A stretch of 64,000 nucleotides of DNA, taken from positions 32,001-96,000 of the IMG/VR virus record IMGVR_UViG_3300028615_000137; one strand, written 5' to 3'. This DNA comes from a virus. Shown here piece by piece: positions 40,118 through 48,466 of this stretch. Each line of letters begins with the position of its first letter. The stretch's first letter is position 1. The notes beneath the pieces are model-generated. The model worked only from the letters and a program-made list of their open reading frames with translations, was not told the origin of the DNA and did no database searches. The translations under genes were made by a program, and so were the position numbers.

Positions 40118-40414
40118 ATGAATAAGAGGAATTTTATAAAGATTTTGTTGGGAAGCTTGGGAAGTTTCTTTCTTGTTCCTAAAGGCGCCAAAGCGGAAGA
40201 AAGCCCTTGCTGTCATGAACATAACGAGCTAGTGTTTGTCGATGGGAAGCTGATGTTTAGACCAGAGGATTATGTAATTGGTGAAAATGGAGTAATCAAA
40301 TTTTCTAAAATCATGGAACCTTTTTTGGGTGATAGAGTTACGGTAGTAAATTTTAATACAGGTAAGGTAGCTAGAACTCTTATTTTGGGAACAAAGAAAG
40401 AAATAAAGATATGA
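40118..40414 (+). CDS. Exported protein with Tat-like signal
   Basis: MNKRNFIK-hydrophobic-AKA; VFVDGKL..PEDY domain. Confidence 0.55.
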   Translation: MNKRNFIKILLGSLGSFFLVPKGAKAEESPCCHEHNELVFVDGKLMFRPEDYVIGENGVIKFSKIMEPFLGDRVTVVNFNTGKVARTLILGTKKEIKI

Positions 40415-40686
40415 TAGAAAAGCAAGATAAGTATGTTTATTTAGCCAAGCTGCAAGCGGTAAACGAAAGAGTAAACGTGCTCGAAAAGCGCTTAGATAAG
40501 ATCGATTCTTGCATAAAAGAACTCGTTGAAGTTGCTCATGCGCCTGTTGACATTAGTAGTGTGGTTGTGCGAGTCTTGGAAAACTTTAATTTAATTCCTA
40601 CTCAGTTTGATTCGACGCCGACGGTTGACACACCGGAAGTAACAGACGAAATTGAATCTTATGAACAGTATGGATTTGGTGATTAA
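40411..40686 (+). CDS. Hypothetical protein
   Basis: ATGA-coupled 91-aa ORF. Confidence 0.55.
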   Translation: MIEKQDKYVYLAKLQAVNERVNVLEKRLDKIDSCIKELVEVAHAPVDISSVVVRVLENFNLIPTQFDSTPTVDTPEVTDEIESYEQYGFGD

Positions 40687-40992
40687 ATGGACCAAGAGCA
40701 ACGAGATTTTGTAGGTAAGACATTGAACGAGGTAATGGTAGAAGCTGCCGAGATGCCTCGAAAGACTTTAGAATTGAAATATTCTTGTGCTGTCGTAAAT
40801 CAACATATCGTAATTAAGTCTTACAACGAATTTATTGAAAAAATTCGAGAAATTATAAATGAAAATGCCGAAGGTGATTTGGCCGTTTGCGTAGATGAAA
40901 TTGAGAAATTGTTGCCAAACGAAGAACTAAATTCTGCAAATACTAAAATTAAGCTTGACGTTATCGAGGGGGGAAGCGATAATAGTGATTGA
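40687..40992 (+). CDS. Hypothetical protein
   Basis: 101-aa ORF abutting the previous gene. Confidence 0.55.
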   Translation: MDQEQRDFVGKTLNEVMVEAAEMPRKTLELKYSCAVVNQHIVIKSYNEFIEKIREIINENAEGDLAVCVDEIEKLLPNEELNSANTKIKLDVIEGGSDNSD

Positions 40993-41051
40993 AGGTTCTC
41001 CGTGCCTTTTTTCTTTCTCTCTATCTCTGTACAATCGACTCCCAATCCCAC

Positions 41052-41103
41052 GTCCCACCCGGTTTCTTTTTTCATTTCTTCGCCGGGTGGGACATTTTTA
41101 TTT
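41052..41103 (+). terminator. Terminator-like stem-loop
   Basis: GTCCCACCCGG/CCGGGTGGGAC 11-bp stem, then ATTTTTATTT. Confidence 0.65.
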
Positions 41104-41139
41104 GGACCGTGTTACAATATGTGATGCGACTTTAGCTTT

Positions 41140-41214
41140 TCCTCTGTAGCTCAATGGTAGAGCGCTCCGCTGTTAACGGAGTGGTTGGAGGTTCGAGTCC
41201 TTCCGGGGGAGCCA
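41140..41214 (+). tRNA. trnN: tRNA-Asn(GTT)
   Basis: Cloverleaf: acceptor TCCTCTG/CGGGGGA, anticodon arm CTCCG-CTGTTAA-CGGAG, GTTCGA T-loop, encoded CCA. Confidence 0.95.
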
Positions 41215-41220
41215 ATTTTC

Positions 41221-41292
41221 GCTGGTGTAGCTCAATGGCAGAGCAACTGTTTTGTAAGCAGTAGGTTGGGGGTTCGAATCCCTTCACCAGCT
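41221..41292 (+). tRNA. trnT: tRNA-Thr(TGT)
   Basis: Acceptor GCTGGTG/CACCAGC, anticodon arm ACTGT-TTTGTAA-GCAGT, GTTCGAATC. Confidence 0.95.
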
Positions 41293-41308
41293 CCCAAGGT
41301 GGAAAATA

Positions 41309-41509
41309 ATGGATGAAAAAGAAGATATAAAAAGATATTTAGAAGAAGGTTTTGCTTGTGCGTGCTACGAAACAGAGCAGCTTTTCGCTTCGGTCTTAAG
41401 TGAACAAGACATTGGTTATTTTTGTGAAAATATACATGAAATTTACTGTGAAAGATTAAGAGTCAAACTAGAAAAAAAGATGCATGAGATGATTGACAAG
41501 ATATCTTAG
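41309..41509 (+). CDS. Hypothetical protein
   Basis: 66 aa, AAGGTGG RBS. Confidence 0.5.
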   Translation: MDEKEDIKRYLEEGFACACYETEQLFASVLSEQDIGYFCENIHEIYCERLRVKLEKKMHEMIDKIS

Positions 41510-41640
41510 TATGCTAAAACTAAATGTAGATGGAAATGGTTCCATCATTGATTGTAAACAGTAATAGGAATAATAATTAACAAGAGCCATAGGTGAAAGC
41601 AAAACTGGATTGAACACGCGCGAAAATACTTATCGACATG

Positions 41641-41678
41641 ATCTCGTCGGATCAAAAGGTCCGACGAGATTATTTTAT
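41641..41678 (+). terminator. Terminator/attenuator-like hairpin
   Basis: ATCTCGTCGGATC-AAAA-GGTCCGACGAGAT, then TATTTTAT. Confidence 0.75.
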
Positions 41679-41688
41679 ATAAAAAAAG

Positions 41689-41907
41689 ATGGCTAAGAAA
41701 AGTAACAGATTTCGTAACCCTTTTAAGTTAAAAGCTTCTTCTAGGAATGCTGGCCCTATGCGCGATCGTAGAGAACGCCGGGCTAAAGAAAAAGAAGAAA
41801 AAGTACATGAACATTCTCTTGTATATTATGATTTTTATGTACAAGAATGGACATGTGAATGTGGACATGTATTTACTGAAGACGAAGTTAAGCAAAGGTT
41901 ACGATGA
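41689..41907 (+). CDS. Small basic protein (RNPF..R.AGPM.DRR)
   Basis: 72 aa; Arg/Lys-rich N-terminus, C-terminal CxCxH. Confidence 0.55.
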   Translation: MAKKSNRFRNPFKLKASSRNAGPMRDRRERRAKEKEEKVHEHSLVYYDFYVQEWTCECGHVFTEDEVKQRLR

Positions 41908-41917
41908 AGGGACACGT

Positions 41918-42160
41918 ATGAAAGTACAGAAATTGATGACAGAGCCAAATGGGCCTTGGAATAAGCTTGTTTTGCCATCTAAGGCGAAAACAGATCTTAA
42001 AAAGATTCTTAAATTCAATGACGAAAATCCAGATAAAAGAATTTCTAGTGCTCGTTTCACTAAGTATCTTATGGAAGAATATAAAATTAAAACTAGGCGA
42101 CAAACCTTAGTATCTTATGTTAAACGAGAATTTGGAAGGCAAGGTTGGATTAATAAATGA
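41918..42160 (+). CDS. Small basic HTH-like protein
   Basis: GAAGGGA RBS; ISSARFTKYLMEEYKIKTRRQTLVSYVKR. Confidence 0.55.
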   Translation: MKVQKLMTEPNGPWNKLVLPSKAKTDLKKILKFNDENPDKRISSARFTKYLMEEYKIKTRRQTLVSYVKREFGRQGWINK

Positions 42161-43236
42161 GTATAAATAAGTTGATTAAAGAGGCTAAAGAGGGTAAAGA
42201 CGGTTTGCCGGCGGACGTCGAATTATTACAGAATTTGGTTAGACAGCTACAAAAGCGGTTAAAGAGCCGTGGTGCGGTGGGAGAGCTTGCTATCAAAGCT
42301 GTCGACGAATTGTACGAAGCTGGTACATTGAAGCATGCAAAGCCTATTCCTATGCCTAAACTAAAGGCTAAGAAGAGTCTTGAAGAAGTCGCCGTATTGC
42401 ACATTAGCGATACTCAAATAGGTAAGATTACCGAATCATATAATACTGAAGTGGCTAGGACTAGGCTACAAAAATTGATCAGAAAAACTATAGAAATTAC
42501 GGAAGTTCGCAGGGCTGGAGCTAACATCAACGAACTGAGAATTTTTATGGGCGGAGATATGGTTGAAGGTGAAGAGATTTTTGCTCATCAAGCTCATGAA
42601 ATTGATTCGTCGGTTTTCGCACAGGCTGTAAAGAATGCTCCTGAAATGTTGGCTCAAGTCGTCAAGACAGCCCTAGCAAACTTCAAGAAGGTACGAGTGG
42701 TAACCGTACCGGGCAATCATGGTCGAAACGGTTCTAGGGGTACTAGGAGCCATCCTGAGACAAATTGGGATAACGTTTGCTACGAAGTGACAAAGCTTCA
42801 TTTGACAGATACAAATGGTAAGCTACTTCCCCGTCTTGAATATGAGATTTCAGATACTTTTTATATTGTCGACAGGATTTATTCTTGGGGCAATTTAATT
42901 GTACACGGCGATCAAGTAACGGGTGGGTTCGCCGGATTCCCATGGTATGGTGTTGGTAAGAAGTCCAATGGCTGGATCGATACCATTCCTGAGGATTGGG
43001 ACTATCTTTGGTTCGGACATTTCCATACTCTTTGTTCTTGTACCAATAACCATCGTTATTGGTTGGCAAATGGTACAACGGAAAGTGATAACACATTTGC
43101 ACAAGCACAACTAGCGGCTGGTGGTTATCCAGTTCAGCGCTTGGCATTTTTCAACAAAAATTCCGGATTGATTTCAGATAATCCTATTTATCTGTGTAAC
43201 GATAGAGTTTCTCAACAAGTTAGGCGCAATGGCTAG
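42157..43236 (+). CDS. Calcineurin-like metallophosphoesterase
   Basis: HISDTQIG, GGDMVEG, VPGNHGR, VHGD and FGHFH motifs. Confidence 0.9.
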   Translation: MSINKLIKEAKEGKDGLPADVELLQNLVRQLQKRLKSRGAVGELAIKAVDELYEAGTLKHAKPIPMPKLKAKKSLEEVAVLHISDTQIGKITESYNTEVARTRLQKLIRKTIEITEVRRAGANINELRIFMGGDMVEGEEIFAHQAHEIDSSVFAQAVKNAPEMLAQVVKTALANFKKVRVVTVPGNHGRNGSRGTRSHPETNWDNVCYEVTKLHLTDTNGKLLPRLEYEISDTFYIVDRIYSWGNLIVHGDQVTGGFAGFPWYGVGKKSNGWIDTIPEDWDYLWFGHFHTLCSCTNNHRYWLANGTTESDNTFAQAQLAAGGYPVQRLAFFNKNSGLISDNPIYLCNDRVSQQVRRNG

Positions 43237-43303
43237 CAGGCGCCTATTTATTGTAAAATAGAAAGATTAACAATCAATTTTTCTATTTCTGTAGGGGAAA
43301 GTA

Positions 43304-43456
43304 ATGCATATACTTTTGAAGCCTTCGACGGAAGGTTATCTTCTTATTCAATACACGAATAAGGGAGACATGAAGCAATATTGGACGTTTAAAAAAGAAG
43401 AGAAAGACCGTTTATTTGAACAAGCCAATACGATACTAGAAGAAAGAAAACGATAA
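43304..43456 (+). CDS. Small hypothetical protein (50 aa)
   Basis: AGGGG RBS; MHILLKPSTEG... Confidence 0.5.
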   Translation: MHILLKPSTEGYLLIQYTNKGDMKQYWTFKKEEKDRLFEQANTILEERKR

Positions 43457-43476
43457 AAAATATGACCGTATAAAAT

Positions 43477-44934
43477 ATGATCAAAATAAATATAGAAGAA
43501 AGAATAAATATAGAAGGGTTACCATATTCAAGTAAAAATAGGTTGAAGAGGGAATTTACCCACAGTAATCCTGAATATCATAAAAAGCAGAAAATGGGTT
43601 ATTCAACTTGGGATACCCCTTCTGTTATTAAGACTTTTGTAACCGAAAAGGATAAGTCTATATCGTTTCCTAATGGCGGTTTAAATAGAATTTTAAATAT
43701 TCTTAAAGAAGAAGAAAAGCAATTTGAAGTACAAGACAACAGAACTTTAAGCGAATATATAGAATTCCCGGAGTTCAAGCCGCTAGGAAGAGACGACACA
43801 GCCTTGTACGATTATCAAGAAGAAGCCGTGTTGTCGTGCATGGAATATACTCAAGGTTGTGTCAGAGCACCCACTGGTTCTGGCAAGACATGTATTGGAT
43901 TAGCGTTAGCTTCTAGATTGGGTCAAAGGACGCTTGTCCTTGTGCGTAACGCTAAGATACAGGATCAATGGTACAAGAGCGCAAGAGAAGAATTGGGGTT
44001 AGACGATAAAGATATTTCCGTTCTTAGAAGCGGTAAGAAGCATAAAGCAAATCCTAAATTGACTATCGCTTTGCAACAGTCTATGTACGCCAAAAAGTCT
44101 AAGAAGTTAGATGAAATATTGAAAGAGGATTACGGTCTATTGATTGTAGATGAAGTACATGAAGCTGCTGCAAACACCTTTCTCAAGGTGGTAAACAAAA
44201 TTCCTTGTAAATTTCGTATAGGTCTTTCTGCCGATGAAAGGCGCAAAGATAACAGAGAATTTTTAATTTATGATCTCTTCGGCCATCCAATTTATGAAAT
44301 TTCTCGTAAGAAATTGGAAAATGAAAACGTTATCCGAAGTGTTATGCTTAGGGTGGTCGAAAGTAGTTTTGAAGCCGATTGGTATCTGAATGCAGAAGGG
44401 GCCGAACGAAATTGGAATGATTTGCTCGATGCCATGGAGGCAGATATAGATAGGCATGAATTGGTGTTGGACACAATTCGAACTTTACTTAGAAAGAATG
44501 AAACGCCAATTTTTGTCTTTACACATAGAAGGCATTATGTAGAAACGATTGTGCAAGACATTGAAGAACGTTTTAATATACCAGTTGGTGTTTTGCTGGG
44601 GGGTGTAGATTCTGCTCAAAGATTTGATGAAGATAAAAAGAAATTAGAAAGTGGAGATATTAAAATTGCTGTCGGTACTTATAAAGCTATCGGCACTGGT
44701 ATTAATATCCCTGCTGTTACTTCCGGGTTCTGTGTTACTCCTATTGGCAATAATAGGCAATTTTTTGGCCAAGTAAGGGGCAGAATGTGTCGAAAAAATA
44801 AAGGGAAATCTAATGCAAATATTTATTATTTGTTAGATACCGAAATTTTTCCTAGGCAAATCGATAACTTGGCAAATTGGAACGATAGAAATATACAAAT
44901 TTTTAGATCGGGTAATTGGATTAAGAGATTGTGA
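43477..44934 (+). CDS. SF2 DExH helicase (UvsW/XPB-like)
   Basis: APTGSGKT, IVDEVH, GLSA, GTGINIP and QVRGRMCR motifs. Confidence 0.92.
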   Translation: MIKINIEERINIEGLPYSSKNRLKREFTHSNPEYHKKQKMGYSTWDTPSVIKTFVTEKDKSISFPNGGLNRILNILKEEEKQFEVQDNRTLSEYIEFPEFKPLGRDDTALYDYQEEAVLSCMEYTQGCVRAPTGSGKTCIGLALASRLGQRTLVLVRNAKIQDQWYKSAREELGLDDKDISVLRSGKKHKANPKLTIALQQSMYAKKSKKLDEILKEDYGLLIVDEVHEAAANTFLKVVNKIPCKFRIGLSADERRKDNREFLIYDLFGHPIYEISRKKLENENVIRSVMLRVVESSFEADWYLNAEGAERNWNDLLDAMEADIDRHELVLDTIRTLLRKNETPIFVFTHRRHYVETIVQDIEERFNIPVGVLLGGVDSAQRFDEDKKKLESGDIKIAVGTYKAIGTGINIPAVTSGFCVTPIGNNRQFFGQVRGRMCRKNKGKSNANIYYLLDTEIFPRQIDNLANWNDRNIQIFRSGNWIKRL

Positions 44935-44944
44935 GGTATAATAA

Positions 44945-45364
44945 ATGCAAGTGGCTAAGAAAATGAACAATACTAGAAAGCTTCGTAGGGTAGAAGCGGC
45001 TAAGTTAGATGCAAAGAATAGAGCATTAAACACGGGAGATTGGACAGATGCCAAGGCCAGTACTTTCGTAGGATTATATGTTTTATGCCATGAAATGATA
45101 TATGGTTTTGTTCCATTCGAATTGAAAAAGAATGCGACGTTTTTGAAGGCATGCAAATACGCGAAAGATATTTGGCATCAACATTTCAAGGATGATAATC
45201 AGCTCATGGTGAAATTTATTAAGTGGTCTTGGGAAAGAGAGAAAAGCTTGAAAGAATATGGAGAAAAGCAAAATTATACAAAGCCTCCTCTGAATTTTTA
45301 TAAGCAGTTTGACGGTAAGATGATTACCGAATTCTTGGTTGATCAGAGCCGCAAGCGCGTATAA
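44945..45364 (+). CDS. Hypothetical protein (possible replication/helicase loader partner)
   Basis: 139 aa between the two helicases. Confidence 0.5.
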   Translation: MQVAKKMNNTRKLRRVEAAKLDAKNRALNTGDWTDAKASTFVGLYVLCHEMIYGFVPFELKKNATFLKACKYAKDIWHQHFKDDNQLMVKFIKWSWEREKSLKEYGEKQNYTKPPLNFYKQFDGKMITEFLVDQSRKRV

Positions 45365-45367
45365 TAA

Positions 45368-46786
45368 ATGGCCGACGATTTCGTATATGACGTAACTAAC
45401 GAAATGTTGGTTATCGGCGCCGCTATTGCCGATTCTGATATCAGAAAGCGTTTAGTACGTCAACTAAGTTCGGATGAATTTTTTGATCCGAAGCATCCGC
45501 CCATATTCTCTGCTTTGAGAGATATGGTGGACAGGGCGTTAGAGTATGAGTATGAAACTGCTTTACGCCTTTTGCAGAATGAGACAGATGATGATGCCGT
45601 AGCAGAGCGCTTGAAGAAGATAGAGGAAAACGCCAAGGTTCCAGACAATCTTGAATGGATTGTAAATACTTTCAAATGGGATGCTCAAAGGGCTATGGCG
45701 TACCAAAATTTGGTACCAAAGCTTATAAAAACTTTGAAGGATCCAAAGGCTGAATCTACAGACGTTCAGTCTGTTACTAAATCTATTCTGAGAGCTACTG
45801 AATCTACTAACGGAGTTAAGCATCTTTACAAAGATACTGAATTACAGAGAAATTATAAAAATGAGATTGAACAAAGAAGGTCCGATCAAAAATTCTATCC
45901 ACTTGGTTGGGAAGCTTTCGACAAATGCTTAACCGAAGGATTTAAGCCAAAGCGTATGACAGTGTTGGCAGGACTTAGCAGCGCTGGTAAGTCTACTGTG
46001 TGTGCTATATGGGCGCTAAGACTAGCGTTGCAGGAAAAGCGTAGGGTGTTGTATTGCCCATGGGAAATGGAAGTTACAGGTGTTGTCGATGTGATGTGTT
46101 CACATTTGACTAAAATACCGCTTAGGCAGATTATACAAGGCAAACTGAATTACGATGAAGCTGAAAAAGTATGTAAGGCTTCTGAAACGGTTACCAAGAA
46201 CATACAGTTTATGGGCTTTCCCTTTATCGACGACATTCGAAAAGGAAATAAACCTAGTAATGATCGCAACTTACAAATTTTAGAATATCATATAGCAGAA
46301 TCTGGGGCCGATGTGGCCGTTTTCGATATTTGGGAAAGAATGTTGCGACAAAAGAAGCCAGAAGAAGTTGAATTGGCGTTGCATTGGATGCAGGATATGT
46401 TAAAGGAATATTCTGTACATGGTATTATTGTGCACCAATTGCGCTTAAAGGACGTGGAACAAAGAGAAGATAAGCGACCAACTAGAGAATCTATTAAAGG
46501 CACGGCTGCTTATGTCGAAGTTCCTGATATGGTTTTTGGAGTGCATAGAAGAGGGCAATTTAAAAATATTCCAGATTCTACAGTAGAAACGATAAACTTG
46601 AAGCAACGAAGTGGAGAATCTTTTTGGGATATTGAATGGGATTGGCACCCTTCAATTTGTGGTTTGAACAATCCAAGACAAATTGATTATGATCCTGGTT
46701 TGGAAAATGAATCTAATAAGGATAAGATATCTTCTATCAAGGAAGATAAAGATACAATCTTTTTTGGCGGTAAATGGGATCGATGA
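45368..46786 (+). CDS. dnaB: Replicative DnaB-like helicase
   Basis: N-terminal E..VIGA..F..P.H..IF; AGLSSAGKS; HQL.....RE.KRP...IKG; KQR.G. Confidence 0.92.
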   Translation: MADDFVYDVTNEMLVIGAAIADSDIRKRLVRQLSSDEFFDPKHPPIFSALRDMVDRALEYEYETALRLLQNETDDDAVAERLKKIEENAKVPDNLEWIVNTFKWDAQRAMAYQNLVPKLIKTLKDPKAESTDVQSVTKSILRATESTNGVKHLYKDTELQRNYKNEIEQRRSDQKFYPLGWEAFDKCLTEGFKPKRMTVLAGLSSAGKSTVCAIWALRLALQEKRRVLYCPWEMEVTGVVDVMCSHLTKIPLRQIIQGKLNYDEAEKVCKASETVTKNIQFMGFPFIDDIRKGNKPSNDRNLQILEYHIAESGADVAVFDIWERMLRQKKPEEVELALHWMQDMLKEYSVHGIIVHQLRLKDVEQREDKRPTRESIKGTAAYVEVPDMVFGVHRRGQFKNIPDSTVETINLKQRSGESFWDIEWDWHPSICGLNNPRQIDYDPGLENESNKDKISSIKEDKDTIFFGGKWDR

Positions 46787-47751
46787 TTATAAAATATGAC
46801 GTGGAAGTTTTGTTAGATCTTTTGGGTATCGAAGCAGACTTTTATGGTTTTAATAAAAGAGGTAAATGGGTAGCTCTTTGTCCAAATCCTAAACACGACG
46901 ATAAGAATCCAAGTTGGAGTATTAATGATAATCCGGGTAATGCTAAGAATGGTTCGCATTATTGCTTTTCGTGTGGTTACGGCGGTGGGCCTTGGGAACT
47001 GGCTGCTGCGGTTTGGGATTGTTCAGTTACTGAAGCTGGAAGAAGGCTATCTTCGATTCTTAAAGAGCAAGACAGTAAGCTTCCTGAAATTTTTGCCATC
47101 ACGTTGAAAGAGCAAAATAAATTGTCACCCCGGCTCAAATGGCCTTTGGGTTGTACATTTCCTGGTAAGATAGAAAGCTGGTATAAGCCAGCTTTGAAAT
47201 ATCTTTACAATAGGGGTGTAACAAATGAACAAATACTGAAATATGAATTGGGTTATTCTATAAGGGGAAGATTAAAGCATAGGATAATCGTTCCTATTTA
47301 CACTTGCGGTAGGTTAGTTACGTACGTCGCCAGGATATATTTACCAGGAGAACCCAGATATAAAATGGCGAAAAGTGATGAACCTGGAGTAGATTCGAAA
47401 GTTGCCATTTTCGGTGAAAAATTCTTTGACACAAAAATAAACATTGTTACTATTGCAGAGGGTTCGTTTTCTATGCTAGCTTTGGATCGAGCCGGAGCAC
47501 CCAATCCTTGTGCTATTTTAGGTTCTAACTTAACTCCGGAAAAATCAATGATTTTAAGTCAATTTGACAATATTATTATTGCTTCAGATCCCGATGCGGC
47601 GGGAGATAAGTTAGCAAATGAAATACAGACGATGGGTAGAAATAAAAAGGTATTAAGACTACAATTGGAGAAATCTCCAGACGATACAAGTTATGAGTTA
47701 TTGCGTAATAGTATAAAAGGGGCTATGAAACAATTACTCATTCCCCGGTAA
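46774..47751 (+). CDS. DNA primase (CHC2 zinc finger + TOPRIM)
   Basis: CPNPKHDDKNPS...CFSCG; IAEG; SDPDAAG. Confidence 0.9.
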   Translation: MGSMIIKYDVEVLLDLLGIEADFYGFNKRGKWVALCPNPKHDDKNPSWSINDNPGNAKNGSHYCFSCGYGGGPWELAAAVWDCSVTEAGRRLSSILKEQDSKLPEIFAITLKEQNKLSPRLKWPLGCTFPGKIESWYKPALKYLYNRGVTNEQILKYELGYSIRGRLKHRIIVPIYTCGRLVTYVARIYLPGEPRYKMAKSDEPGVDSKVAIFGEKFFDTKINIVTIAEGSFSMLALDRAGAPNPCAILGSNLTPEKSMILSQFDNIIIASDPDAAGDKLANEIQTMGRNKKVLRLQLEKSPDDTSYELLRNSIKGAMKQLLIPR

Positions 47752-47765
47752 ATCCGGGGTTTCTG
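47743..47765 (+). terminator. Terminator-like hairpin
   Basis: CCCCGG-TAAAT-CCGGGG followed by TTTCT. Confidence 0.55.
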
Positions 47766-47836
47766 TTGGTACCCCTTCCCTCATGATTATTAAATTGTGT
47801 GGGAAGGTGGGCCGACGCCAAAAAGAGAGTGGGCAA

Positions 47837-48466
47837 ATGAGTAAAGCATTTTTGAAGAACCAAGAAGTCGAACCTGATATTCCTACGATGCGCAAGTATG
47901 CGAAAATACTTGATTTAGATGTAGGCAAGAGACCGCGAAGAGATACGCTAGTAAAGGCTCTACAAGAGCATTTCGACAATGTAAAGGATGAAGTAGAAAA
48001 CGAAGACGAACTATTGCTTTGCGAAAAATGTGGTCAATTTACAGACGACAATCCTGCAATTAACGAATGTCCTTTTTGCGGCGATGAAGGTGAAGAAAAC
48101 GAAGACTTTTTCAACGATGACACTGTAATATCTATTGTAGAAGATGACCAAGATGAAGAAAGTGATGAATCGGATGATGAAGAAGACGATATTGAATTGG
48201 ATGAAGACGATAATTCAATTCAAGAGCCTATGAAAGTCGATTTGGATAAGGACATTTTTGAATATATTCCAGAACCTGTTGAAGAAGAGATTCAAGACGA
48301 TTGGGGTCATAGTGAAAATTCTAATACCATCGAAATAGAACCGGAAGTTGAACAGGGACCATTTCAAATGTTTCAAGGTGCTGATTATTCATCTTCTGGG
48401 GATAAGGCTATAGTAACTATAGTTAGAAACGGCAAAATTGTTGATATAAAAACGATCGAATTGTAA
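47837..48466 (+). CDS. Zn-ribbon protein with long acidic tract
   Basis: CEKC...CPFC followed by a D/E-rich region. Confidence 0.65.
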   Translation: MSKAFLKNQEVEPDIPTMRKYAKILDLDVGKRPRRDTLVKALQEHFDNVKDEVENEDELLLCEKCGQFTDDNPAINECPFCGDEGEENEDFFNDDTVISIVEDDQDEESDESDDEEDDIELDEDDNSIQEPMKVDLDKDIFEYIPEPVEEEIQDDWGHSENSNTIEIEPEVEQGPFQMFQGADYSSSGDKAIVTIVRNGKIVDIKTIEL

